NCBI GenBank assembly: GCA_965221385.1
Contig: OZ244885.1
Location: forward strand, 2,786,405 to 2,850,404
Reading direction: 5' to 3'
DNA: 64,000 nucleotides
Source of the DNA: Dehalococcoidia bacterium
GTDB lineage: Bacteria > Chloroflexota > Dehalococcoidia > Lucifugimonadales > UBA3495
The notes beneath the pieces are model-generated. The model searched no databases. It was not told the origin of the DNA and was given only the letters and a program-made list of their open reading frames with translations. The stretch's first letter is position 1. The number at the start of each line of letters is the position of its first letter. This document shows positions 39,272-48,554 of this stretch, piece by piece. Both the position numbers and the translations under genes were made by a program.

Positions 39272-41158
39272 CTATCGCGCCGCCTTGACGTACTCAAAGT
39301 CGCGAACCCCGAACACGCCGGGAGTCAGCCACTCTTCGATATAGGCAGGATTGATCATGAACTCGAAGGGCACCCAATGCAGGGGAATAGAGCAGTAGGT
39401 CGTGTAGCACTCCTCGCCCATTTCCCGTATCAGGTTATCCCGTTCCTCGGCGGTGGAAGCAACTTCCAGGGCCTCGTACTTTTCCGTGAAGAAGGGTGAT
39501 TCGTACCGTGGGCTAACCGCGCCGCTGTAGTGGTACACGAAGATGGCCCTGGTCGGTTCGGTGAAGCTGCCCGTGTGCAGCCAGGCGGTGTTGTTGACCT
39601 CCTTGGCCCTCAGTTGTGACTGGTAAACCGCCCCTTCCACTGGCTTGAAGTTCACATCAATGCCGATTTCCCGCCAGTAATCCGCCACCAGTTCGCCAAT
39701 GTCCAGCGCCTCCGGCAGGCCGGGGCGGGGGTAGGAAAGCTGAGTAATCTCGAAGCCATTGGGGAAACCGGCCTCGGCCAACTGAGCCCTGGCCTTCTCC
39801 GGGTCATATCCGTAATCGGCTTCGAAGGTATCCAGCCAGCTGGGCTGCCAGCCGGGGAACTTGGCATGGGAATGGGTTTGCATCATCAGTTCGGCCCTTC
39901 CGCCAAAGAAGACGTCGTTGATTTCCTGGCGGTCAATGGCCCGGTTCATGGCCTCGCGAACCAGGGGTATGGTCATTGGTTCGGTCGGGTCGTAGTTGGC
40001 GTGGTCCGGCAGGTAGTTGCCGCCGAAGAACCCCACCAAGCGAATAGCCGGCGTCGTCCCAAGGATTACTTCCATGCCGCGACCAAGAGCGCCCACCTGC
40101 AGGTCTCGCGGAATCTCCGCCGCGTGGACTTCCTCCGTCACCAGCATGGCCAACTGGGTCGATGGCTCGGAAACGAAGAAGATCTGCAATTCTGGGAAGT
40201 CGGGCGTCTTGCGCCAGTGGTCGAAATCAGGCGCCTCATAGCGGAGGTACTGGGCCTCGGCGTGTTCGCCGAACTGGTAGGGCCCCGTACCGATGGGGTC
40301 ATTAGCCATCAGCCGGATGCCTTCGTCATTGGCGTCGAAGCCGTCCATCACACCGCCGTTCTGATCCCAGTGGTTCTTGCTGCGAATCACGGAGGTGTAG
40401 TTGGTGCTAACGTAGGTGGTCATAATGGGTTCGGGCTTGTTGAGGTGAAGTTCCACCGTGTAGCCATCGGGGCCATCGGGCATTACCACCTCCTTGAGCA
40501 GGTCCCTCCAGGTGGCGGCCCGGCCGTCGAAATGGTCGTTGCGGCGTTCCTGCCACATGGAATGCTCAATATCCTTGGCGGTCATCTCGCCGTAGCCCTT
40601 GTGGAATTGGACGCCCTCCCGCAACTGGAAGGTCCAAACGGTGAAGTCCTCGTTGGCCGACCAGTCGGGGGCCAGCATTGGTACGGAGTCGGTGTACTGG
40701 TCGAACTGGACCAACCCCTCGAACATGGGGAGAACTATGGGAAGATCGCCCCTGCCGGCCACGGGGTCCGCCAGGTCGCGGGTTGTGGGGCCCCTGGCCA
40801 CCCGCAACTGGACCACCGCCGGTTCGGCATCGGCCATTGCATCACCGGAGGTTACGGGGGCCGGCTCCGGCGTGGGAGTGGCTTCCCTGGCGCCCACACC
40901 GATGGCGCCCTGTCCGACCACGGCGCTTACCGTGGCCTGCGGCTCGGGCTGGGCGGGTTGGGCATCCGTTGATGGGGTGTCAGCTGCATCGGTAGCGGCG
41001 GGCTGGGCCGGAGCGGCCGGCTGGGCGGGCGACGACCCGCCATCGGAACTGGTGGGAGCTTCCGGCGCTGCCGGGCCGCAGGCAACCATGGCCAGCAGAC
41101 CCACGGCTGCAATTATGCTCAATAACCAACGAGGCGCAATAATTCCAGAAAATGTCAT
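39272..41158 (-). CDS. ABC transporter family-5 substrate-binding lipoprotein
   Basis: Lipobox MVAC, P/A-rich linker, WTFQLREGVQFH, GTGPY and VREAMNRAIDR. Confidence 0.9.
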   Translation of the reverse strand: MTFSGIIAPRWLLSIIAAVGLLAMVACGPAAPEAPTSSDGGSSPAQPAAPAQPAATDAADTPSTDAQPAQPEPQATVSAVVGQGAIGVGAREATPTPEPAPVTSGDAMADAEPAVVQLRVARGPTTRDLADPVAGRGDLPIVLPMFEGLVQFDQYTDSVPMLAPDWSANEDFTVWTFQLREGVQFHKGYGEMTAKDIEHSMWQERRNDHFDGRAATWRDLLKEVVMPDGPDGYTVELHLNKPEPIMTTYVSTNYTSVIRSKNHWDQNGGVMDGFDANDEGIRLMANDPIGTGPYQFGEHAEAQYLRYEAPDFDHWRKTPDFPELQIFFVSEPSTQLAMLVTEEVHAAEIPRDLQVGALGRGMEVILGTTPAIRLVGFFGGNYLPDHANYDPTEPMTIPLVREAMNRAIDRQEINDVFFGGRAELMMQTHSHAKFPGWQPSWLDTFEADYGYDPEKARAQLAEAGFPNGFEITQLSYPRPGLPEALDIGELVADYWREIGIDVNFKPVEGAVYQSQLRAKEVNNTAWLHTGSFTEPTRAIFVYHYSGAVSPRYESPFFTEKYEALEVASTAEERDNLIREMGEECYTTYCSIPLHWVPFEFMINPAYIEEWLTPGVFGVRDFEYVKAAR

Positions 41159-41323
41159 TGTCCCCTCTCCTAGGTTGGTTTGGGCCGCCGCGGGCCGAAT
41201 CAATTCTCTTGTTCGGCCTTTACGCTTTCCCTGGATGTTTTGCACGGAAAGGAACTCAATCCTCTACATTCCGGTTGGCAAACGTACCTTGTTGTTCCCT
41301 TCCTCCGGCGGCCAATTTGGGGA

Positions 41324-41352
41324 AGTCTATTATTGAGTACCCCAAATGTCAA
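41324..41352 (-). promoter_or_regulatory. Putative promoter of the SBP-dppBC-aldolase-LLM run
   Basis: Minus strand TTGACA-17-TAGACT. Confidence 0.6.
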
Positions 41353-41448
41353 GAAATTTCGCTTTGGCTGACAAGGTATAGCGCCGTTGCAAAAGTGCTA
41401 GAGTTAAATAGTATTTTCTTTATTCCATTTTCGTTTGTGGGAGGGGTT

Positions 41449-43302
41449 ATGGGACCAAGAGTACGACAACGGGTCGCCTGGAGGAGAAGCAACAACCACA
41501 TCATCGAAAACGCCATGATTCCGACGCGGAGCGGGCTGAATCTGGCTACGGATATCCATCGGCCCCAGGTGGATGGCAAACCGGTGGAAACGCCCCTGCC
41601 CGTTCTGCTGCAGCGAACCCCATACGACAAGGCCTCGGCGGCCAGGCTGGAGGAAGCGGCCTTCTATACCAACCGGGGCTACGTGACCGTAATGCAGGAC
41701 TGCCGGGGTCGATACGACTCGGAAGGAGATTTCAGCAAGTACGTGGATGAGGGCCAGGACGGTTACGATACCGTGGAATGGCTGGCCGAGCAGCCCTGGT
41801 GCAACGGGAAAATAGGAACCTTCGGCCTGTCCTATGCCGCGCATACCCAGGCGGCCCTTGCCTCTTTGAATCCGCCCCATCTGGCGGCCATGTGGCTGGA
41901 GTGCGGCGGGTTTGCCAGCGCCTACCATAGCGGCTGTCGCAACGGGGGCGCCTTCGAACTCAGGCAACTGACCTGGGCCTTCCGCGAGGCCATGGAAAGC
42001 CCGGAGGCGCGGAACAATCCGGACACCACCAGAACTGCCATGTCCCGCCAGAGCATGCACGACTGGTTCGCCCGTCTTCCCTGGAAGCCCGGCCACTCAC
42101 CCCTGAGCTGGACGCCCAACTATGAAGACTACCTGATGGAGATTTGGGGGCACGACACCTACGATGAATACTGGGAACAGGTGGGGCTCTGCGCCTTGGC
42201 CCATTATGGCCCCTTCGCCGATGTTCCGCAGGTCCACCAGTGCAGTTGGTATGATCCCTATTCCGCCAGCACCGTAAAGAACTACGAAGCCTTGCGGGAG
42301 ATAAAATCCAGCAGCATTCACCTGATAATGGGCCCCTGGACTCATGGCTCCCGCTCCGTTACCTACGCCGGAAACGTGGATTTCGGACCCAACGCCACCC
42401 TGGACGACCGCAAGCTGGGAACCTTCAACGAGCAACGGCTGGCCTTCTTCGATCACTGGTTGAAGGATGAAGAGAACGGTTGGAGCCATCAGGCTCCGGT
42501 CAAGCTGTTTGTCATGGGGGGTGGCAGTGGACGCCGCAACCCGGAGGGAAGACTTGATCACGGGGGCAGGTGGATGGACGAGGAATCCTGGCCGCCCGCC
42601 AGGGTGAAGGAAACCACCCTCTACCTGCACCAGGGAGGGCGGCTTTCGCTGTCGTTGCCCGAATTGAACGGCCAGGCCAGCAGCTATTGCTACGACCCCA
42701 ACCACCCGGTGCCTACGATTGGGGGGAACATCTCCTCCGGGTTGCCCATCATGGAACCGGGCGGGTTCGACCAGCGGGAATCGGAGGAATTCTACGGCAG
42801 CCAGGCTCCCTACCTTCCCCTGGCATCCCGGCAGGACGTTCTTGTGTTCCAGACCGACCATTTGCCCGACGCGGTGGAGGTAACGGGTCCAGTGGTGGTC
42901 AATCTATGGGTGTCATCCAGCGCCGTGGATACTGACTTCACGGCAAAATTGATTGACGTTTACCCTCCATCCCGCGACTACCCGGAGGGATATGCCCTTA
43001 ACCTGACCGACGGAATCTTGCGAACCAAGTTCCGGGAATCCTGGTCTGAGCCCACATTGATGGAACCGGGGCAGGTCTATCCCATTTCCATTGAGCTCTA
43101 CCCAACCAGCAACCTCTTCGCCCCAGGGCACCGAATTCGGGTAGATGTATCCTCCAGCAATTTCCCGCGGCTGGACGTAAACGGGAACACGGGAGTGAAT
43201 CCCGCCCTTTCGCCCATCAAGATCACAGCCATCAACAGCGTTTACCACGACCGGGAGCGACCGTCTCACCTGGTACTGTGGTTGTCCGGGTCAGAATGTT
43301 AA
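41449..43302 (+). CDS. CocE/NonD family hydrolase (S15-like serine esterase)
   Basis: RTPY, QDCRGRYDSEG, GLSY nucleophile, WYD, GPWTHG and SSSNFPR. Confidence 0.92.
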   Translation: MGPRVRQRVAWRRSNNHIIENAMIPTRSGLNLATDIHRPQVDGKPVETPLPVLLQRTPYDKASAARLEEAAFYTNRGYVTVMQDCRGRYDSEGDFSKYVDEGQDGYDTVEWLAEQPWCNGKIGTFGLSYAAHTQAALASLNPPHLAAMWLECGGFASAYHSGCRNGGAFELRQLTWAFREAMESPEARNNPDTTRTAMSRQSMHDWFARLPWKPGHSPLSWTPNYEDYLMEIWGHDTYDEYWEQVGLCALAHYGPFADVPQVHQCSWYDPYSASTVKNYEALREIKSSSIHLIMGPWTHGSRSVTYAGNVDFGPNATLDDRKLGTFNEQRLAFFDHWLKDEENGWSHQAPVKLFVMGGGSGRRNPEGRLDHGGRWMDEESWPPARVKETTLYLHQGGRLSLSLPELNGQASSYCYDPNHPVPTIGGNISSGLPIMEPGGFDQRESEEFYGSQAPYLPLASRQDVLVFQTDHLPDAVEVTGPVVVNLWVSSSAVDTDFTAKLIDVYPPSRDYPEGYALNLTDGILRTKFRESWSEPTLMEPGQVYPISIELYPTSNLFAPGHRIRVDVSSSNFPRLDVNGNTGVNPALSPIKITAINSVYHDRERPSHLVLWLSGSEC

Positions 43303-43346
43303 CCCCAAGCCCCTGAACGTCCCCGTAGTATTCAGTTTCCTTTCCA

Positions 43347-43373
43347 AAGGGGGCGAGCCATGGCTCGCCCCTT
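43347..43373. terminator. Terminator hairpin between convergent genes
   Basis: GGGGCGAGCCATGGCTCGCCCC palindrome followed by a T-rich tract. Confidence 0.7.
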
Positions 43374-43431
43374 CCTTCTTTGTGGGCGTGGGCAGACGTA
43401 GCCTCGCATCGCCCGGTAAACAGGGCTGGGA

Positions 43432-44388
43432 TTACTCGCCAGTGAAGAACTTACGTGGATTCACCACCATCAACTGGTTGATGTCCTCTTCCGACGCGCC
43501 CAGTTCCCGCAATCGAGGCAAGACCTTCCTTGGAATGAAGTTATAGCCGTCGGGATTGGCTCTTCGCCGTTCTTCCTGCACCTGCGCGCCGTGACGGGCC
43601 TTGGGAACCGAATAGTCGTGGGAGAGCATAATCCTGTTCGTGTAGCCGGCATCCATCAACTTCTTCGCAACCTCCGTTCGGACTTCCCAATCGGGCGTGC
43701 CGGCCACCCGTCCGCCGGGGTATCGGTCCAGACCCAGCCATACGCCCTTGTCCAGCAGCCTAAACAGGTAATCCATGTCTGTATCGTCGTTACTGTGTCC
43801 GATATATACCCGCTCCAGGTCAACCCCTTCTTCTTCCAGTATGGCCACCTGCTGGTCTCCCACGTGGTCCGGCGACCAGGTATGGGTCGATATGGGGGCG
43901 CCCGTCTCCCGGTGGGCGCGAGCGGCAGCCCTTAGGACGACCTCCTGTGGCTGGGTAATTCCGCCCCGGTCGCTGGCTACCTTGATGACGGCCGCCTTCA
44001 CGCCGGTGCCCTCAATCCCTGCGACTATCTCCCTAACGAACATCGGCGCGATTACGTCCGGGGAAACCTCGCCAAAAGGCCGGGGCACGGCCAGGTGGTT
44101 ACCGGTGGCGACGACGATATTGACTCCACTTTGGCGCGAAACCTGGGCAATCATTTCGATGTCCCGCCCCAGGTCAAAGGTACTCACGTCAATGATGGTC
44201 CGAAGCCCGGCTTCCTCCCGTGCCTCTACCAGGGCGCTGGTGGACTGCTCAATGATGCCGTCCCGGTCTATGATCTCCGGGTAGGTGTGGCGCAGTCCCG
44301 CGGCGTTGGTTCCGACGTGTTCGTGGCTGAGCGTAAAGCCCAGTTCTTCCCCCAATACGGGGCCCAGGACGGTTTCCAGTGCCGACAT
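43432..44388 (-). CDS. Phosphotriesterase family metallohydrolase/lactonase
   Basis: HEH, IKVA (carboxylated Lys), THT, IGH and SHD ligands. Confidence 0.9.
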   Translation of the reverse strand: MSALETVLGPVLGEELGFTLSHEHVGTNAAGLRHTYPEIIDRDGIIEQSTSALVEAREEAGLRTIIDVSTFDLGRDIEMIAQVSRQSGVNIVVATGNHLAVPRPFGEVSPDVIAPMFVREIVAGIEGTGVKAAVIKVASDRGGITQPQEVVLRAAARAHRETGAPISTHTWSPDHVGDQQVAILEEEGVDLERVYIGHSNDDTDMDYLFRLLDKGVWLGLDRYPGGRVAGTPDWEVRTEVAKKLMDAGYTNRIMLSHDYSVPKARHGAQVQEERRRANPDGYNFIPRKVLPRLRELGASEEDINQLMVVNPRKFFTGE

Positions 44389-44548
44389 GGTTTTCCCTCC
44401 AGTCTTTTGCTGTTTCCGGTAGGCTACGGAACGAGGTTCCCAATGCCCCGTCACCCAGTTATTCTATACCCAACTCACCCTGCGAGGACGGACTAAGGTC
44501 GGTGAGGGGCTGATCGCGGCCCACACCCCAAGAGGAACGGAGGAGCTG

Positions 44549-45421
44549 ATGTTTGAGGGTTTTGAAGAGCGAAAGGTTAGCACAAGTGGCGCAGCCATAA
44601 ACCTGGTGATGGGCGGAAGCGGACCGCCGTTGTTGCTGCTTCACGGCTACCCCCAGTCCCATGCTATGTGGCACAAGGTCGCCCCTCGCCTGGCCGAACA
44701 GTTCACCGTGGTAGCGGCAGACCTGAGGGGGTATGGCGACAGTGACAAGCCGGCCGGCGACCCGGAACACCTGACCTACTCCAAGCGGGCCATGGCCCGG
44801 GACCAGGCGGAGGTCATGGAGAGCCTGGGGTTCTCTTCCTTCTTCCTGGCCGGCCATGACCGGGGGGCCCGGGTTTCCCACAGACTGACCAAAGACTACC
44901 CGGAGCGGGTTCTGAAACTGGCCACCCTGGACATCATTCCCACCCACCGGATGTTCCAGATTGTGAACAAAGAAATGGCATCCAACACCTTCCACTGGTT
45001 CTTCCTAATCCAGCCTCATGACTTTCCAGAGCGGGTGATTGGGGCCGATGCGGACTACTTCATACGCCACAGCTTCCAGCGAGGCGCAAACTGGGAGGCC
45101 ATTTTCCCGCCGGAAGCCCTGGCGGAGTACCTGCGCTGTTCCACTGATCCGGCCACGATACACGCCATCTGCGAGGATTACCGGGCCGGCGCAAGTATCG
45201 ACCTGGTCCACGATGAGGAGGACTTCGCGAACAAGGTGGAGTGTCCTCACCTGGTTCTGTGGAGCGACCGGGGTTACGTGGGCCGTACCCAGGATGTGCT
45301 GACCGTCTGGCGGGACTACTCTATCCAGCCCAGGGGCCACTCCATGCCCTCCGGCCACTACATAGCCGAGGAATTGCCGGACGAAACCTACCGGGAACTG
45401 AGGGATTTCTTCCTGGAGTAG
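44549..45421 (+). CDS. Haloacetate (fluoroacetate-type) dehalogenase, alpha/beta hydrolase
   Basis: LHGYPQ, GHDRGARV, LDIIP, FHWFF, EDYRA and GHY. Confidence 0.85.
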   Translation: MFEGFEERKVSTSGAAINLVMGGSGPPLLLLHGYPQSHAMWHKVAPRLAEQFTVVAADLRGYGDSDKPAGDPEHLTYSKRAMARDQAEVMESLGFSSFFLAGHDRGARVSHRLTKDYPERVLKLATLDIIPTHRMFQIVNKEMASNTFHWFFLIQPHDFPERVIGADADYFIRHSFQRGANWEAIFPPEALAEYLRCSTDPATIHAICEDYRAGASIDLVHDEEDFANKVECPHLVLWSDRGYVGRTQDVLTVWRDYSIQPRGHSMPSGHYIAEELPDETYRELRDFFLE

Positions 45422-45540
45422 AAAAGCGCTGGGAGGGGGGACGACCGGGGGAGCTTCAGGCTTGAGGCTCTCGGGTCGACTCCCCCGTCGCCGAGCCCGC
45501 CTCGCCATCCTGACGCAAATGTGTGGGGGTGGCCGGGGCG

Positions 45541-46023
45541 CTACCGGTTGGCGCTAGGGTTGGCCTGGGGAAGGCCCTGCTCCATGGCCCGCATCTGGCA
45601 CTCCAGGCACAGCGTTTCCTGCAGCAATTCCGGGGCGGCCCAGATGTTATCGCCAACTTCACCACACAGGAACTGGGGCACCGTTTCTTCCCAGGATGAG
45701 GCGGAAAGGGATTGCACGTAGTGAACGTAGCCGGTCCTGTCCGCGGTGCCCCACCACCAGGGGGAGAATTCCCGGCTGAGTTCCAGGGCGGTGGCTTCCG
45801 ATACCCATCCATCCTCGGGCAATTCCACCACCCAGGAGACCCTGCCGTCGGGCTGGCTCTCTCGGTATGCCTTCAATTCACCGCCCCGGATGCAGTCCCT
45901 AACCATGGCCGTGGATATCTTCAACTTTTGGGAGGCTTCCCGAATGCTCACCTTTTCCAATACTGATGCCCCCTGACTGTACCGGTTGACTGGATGAGTG
46001 AAAAACGAGTGATTGAGGGCCAT
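45541..46023 (-). CDS. Hypothetical protein: excisionase-like HTH plus putative His/Cys zinc site
   Basis: SIREASQKLKISTAMVRDCIRGGELKA HTH pattern; H...LCG...CLEC. Start uncertain. Confidence 0.6.
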   Translation of the reverse strand: MALNHSFFTHPVNRYSQGASVLEKVSIREASQKLKISTAMVRDCIRGGELKAYRESQPDGRVSWVVELPEDGWVSEATALELSREFSPWWWGTADRTGYVHYVQSLSASSWEETVPQFLCGEVGDNIWAAPELLQETLCLECQMRAMEQGLPQANPSANR

Positions 46024-46050
46024 TATGGGGAATTCTGAGGAAAAGTAAAG

Positions 46051-46081
46051 GCCCCCGACCGATTATTGGGCGGTCGGGGGC
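46051..46081 (-). terminator. Intrinsic terminator after dppC-like gene
   Basis: GCCCCCGACCG...CGGTCGGGGGC, with an A-rich flank on the left (U tract on minus strand). Confidence 0.75.
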
Positions 46082-46119
46082 TTAAGTTGGCGTTGGGATT
46101 ATCGATTAACTTACGGCGC

Positions 46120-47103
46120 CTAGCTTACGCCGGCCTCCTTGGCTTCCTTGGTAGCCTTGAGCCAGCGCCACCTCTGGAGGGGGTCGCTGACGGCCCTCAT
46201 CCAAACCCCGAACAGGTTGAAGGAAAGGGCCGTGAGGAAGATAGCCGTTCCCGGAACCACCACTACCCACCAAGCGGTGACGATGTAGTCGCGGCCCTGG
46301 GAGAGCATCAGGCCCCAGGAGGATTCGGGGGGCTGGATGCCGAAACCCAGGAAGCTGAGGGTTGACTCGGTAAGGATGTTTCGCGGCACTTCCAGGGCGG
46401 CCAGGGTAAGGAGCGGGGTGATCAGGTTCGGCAGCACGTGGCGGCCGATAATCCGGCCGTCGCTGGCGCCGATGGCCCGCGCTGCGTCCACAAAGGCCTG
46501 TTCACGCAGGGAAAGGACCACGCCCCTGGTTATCCGGCAGAAGAGCATCCAACGGGCCACCGCGAAGACGATGATGATATTGGTAAAGCTGGGCCCCAGG
46601 ATGAACAACACCATCAGGGCCAGCAATAACAGCGGCACGGACATGAAAATGTCCACCGCCCTCATAATGATGTCGTCCAGGATTCCCCGATAGTACCCAG
46701 CCGTGATGCCCAGGAACACGCCGATGACGCTGGAAACGAGCACGCCCAGCAGTCCCACGGAGATGGATATCCGGCCCCCGTAAATCAGGCGGCTGAGGTA
46801 GTCACGCCCCAGGTGATCGGTGCCCAGCAGGAAGAAGCGGTTTTCCTGTAGGGTCTGGCCGTCGGCGCGAATGTTGGCGACACCCGTTGCCAAAGGACCC
46901 TGGTGCCGCAATCTCAACTGCTGGTTCTGGGGATCATAGGGGGCCACGAAGGGAGCGAAGACCGCGGCCATCACGATGACAAACAGGAACAACGCTGACA
47001 ACAACGTGATCGGGTCGTTCAGGAAGGCCTGAACCAGCGCATTGTTCCATATCGCGACGATGGGGTTAGGCTTCTGAGTTACGGTCGAAAGTTCACTTTG
47101 CAT
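46120..47103 (-). CDS. Peptide/nickel-type ABC permease, DppC-like
   Basis: LGTDHLGRD, AARAIGA, HVLPN and ESTLSFLG. Confidence 0.92.
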   Translation of the reverse strand: MQSELSTVTQKPNPIVAIWNNALVQAFLNDPITLLSALFLFVIVMAAVFAPFVAPYDPQNQQLRLRHQGPLATGVANIRADGQTLQENRFFLLGTDHLGRDYLSRLIYGGRISISVGLLGVLVSSVIGVFLGITAGYYRGILDDIIMRAVDIFMSVPLLLLALMVLFILGPSFTNIIIVFAVARWMLFCRITRGVVLSLREQAFVDAARAIGASDGRIIGRHVLPNLITPLLTLAALEVPRNILTESTLSFLGFGIQPPESSWGLMLSQGRDYIVTAWWVVVVPGTAIFLTALSFNLFGVWMRAVSDPLQRWRWLKATKEAKEAGVS

Positions 47104-47201
47104 TTTGAAACCAAATCCTCAGAGCAGTGTGAATACCTGGGCAAATGCTGATTTCCCAATAACAGCGCAATTTGAAACGCTGCCAAAGTCCTTAAGGAAC
47201 C

Positions 47202-48131
47202 CTAACCGTAGGATATTCTTGGGTCCAGCCAGGTGTAGATCAGGTCAACGCAGAGGTTGATAAACATGACCATCAACGCAACCACGAACACGGAGGCGGT
47301 GACGATAGGAAGGTCACGGGCGTTGATGCCATCAATAAGCAGTTTGCCGATACCAGGCCAGCCAAAAATAATCTCCACCACGGTGGAACCGTTCATGAAG
47401 CCGGCCAGTTCGTCTCCCATCAGGGTTACGATGGAAATTGAAGCATTCTTAAGAACGTGGCCGTAGAGGATCGTAGTTTCACCCAACCCCTTCGACCTGG
47501 CAGTTGAAACGTACTGCTTGGCAATTTCCTCGATCATCGTGGACCGGGTGATCTGGGCATTGCGCCCCATCACCAGGGGACAGAGGGCCATGGCGGGCAG
47601 GATCATGTACTTCCAGCCGGCGGGGCCCAGTCCGTTGAAGCCGGAGGTGGGCAACAGGTCCAGTTGCACTGAAATCAACAGGATCAACATCAGCGCCAGC
47701 CAAAATTGGGGTACCGAAATCACCGCAAAGGATAAGATGTTGACAATTCGGTCAATGAACCCTCGCGGCCTTCTGGCCGCCAGCATTCCCAGGGGAATGC
47801 CCAGCATGCCTACCGTCCAGGCAAATATGGCGAGGGCGGCAGTGTTGGGCAGCCGGTCGAAGATCATTTCGCTGGCGTCGATTCGGTGCCTCAATGACTT
47901 GCCGAAGTCAAGCCGGGCCAGGTCCCAATAGAAGTCGGCGAACCGAACGTAGAGGGGCCGGTCCAGACCAAACTTGGCCCGCAATGCGTCAATAGTCTCT
48001 TGGGATGCGTCCTCGTCAACCATCAATTCCACCGGGTCGCCCAGCACGTTGATGGCGAGGAACAGCAACCCCATAAGCCCGGCCACAATGAAAATTGAAT
48101 GGCCTACGCGCCGAATCATGTAGTTACGCAC
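47202..48131 (-). CDS. Peptide/nickel-type ABC permease, DppB-like
   Basis: GLDRP, DFGKS, TARSKG and YTWLDPRI. Confidence 0.92.
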   Translation of the reverse strand: MRNYMIRRVGHSIFIVAGLMGLLFLAINVLGDPVELMVDEDASQETIDALRAKFGLDRPLYVRFADFYWDLARLDFGKSLRHRIDASEMIFDRLPNTAALAIFAWTVGMLGIPLGMLAARRPRGFIDRIVNILSFAVISVPQFWLALMLILLISVQLDLLPTSGFNGLGPAGWKYMILPAMALCPLVMGRNAQITRSTMIEEIAKQYVSTARSKGLGETTILYGHVLKNASISIVTLMGDELAGFMNGSTVVEIIFGWPGIGKLLIDGINARDLPIVTASVFVVALMVMFINLCVDLIYTWLDPRISYG

Positions 48132-48211
48132 TTTACTACCCCGTCAAGTCAGTTTCGCCGCTAGGGTTGGCCTTGGGTCGAACTCAACCTATTCCAAATT
48201 CCGGTTGAAGG

Positions 48212-48240
48212 ATATTATAGGTAAATTGCCATATCGTCAA
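48212..48240 (-). promoter_or_regulatory. Putative promoter of the second dppBC pair
   Basis: Minus strand TTGACG-17-TAATAT in an AT-rich gap. Confidence 0.45.
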
Positions 48241-48554
48241 TGATTTCAAGAATTGCGAAAGAAATGCCGTAGAAGAACCAAATTACAAGAATGCTATGGC
48301 ATGCGGCCCGAATGTTGCCGTTACCTTTCGGATTTTATCAACTGAGGGCTATAAGTCAATGCTCCGACCCAAAATGCAGGATTGGCCAGCATCGTCCGGT
48401 TGAAGCGCAGTCCCAAAGAGGAGATATAGGGCAAGTATAAATTTCCTGGGCGCCTGTTCTTCATCTTCCATCTGCATGGCAAAGTTGCGCCTCGAAAACC
48501 AATGCCGGCGCCGGCGATGGGTTTCCGAGGCGCGTGAAGGGGTTCAGGTCCAGG

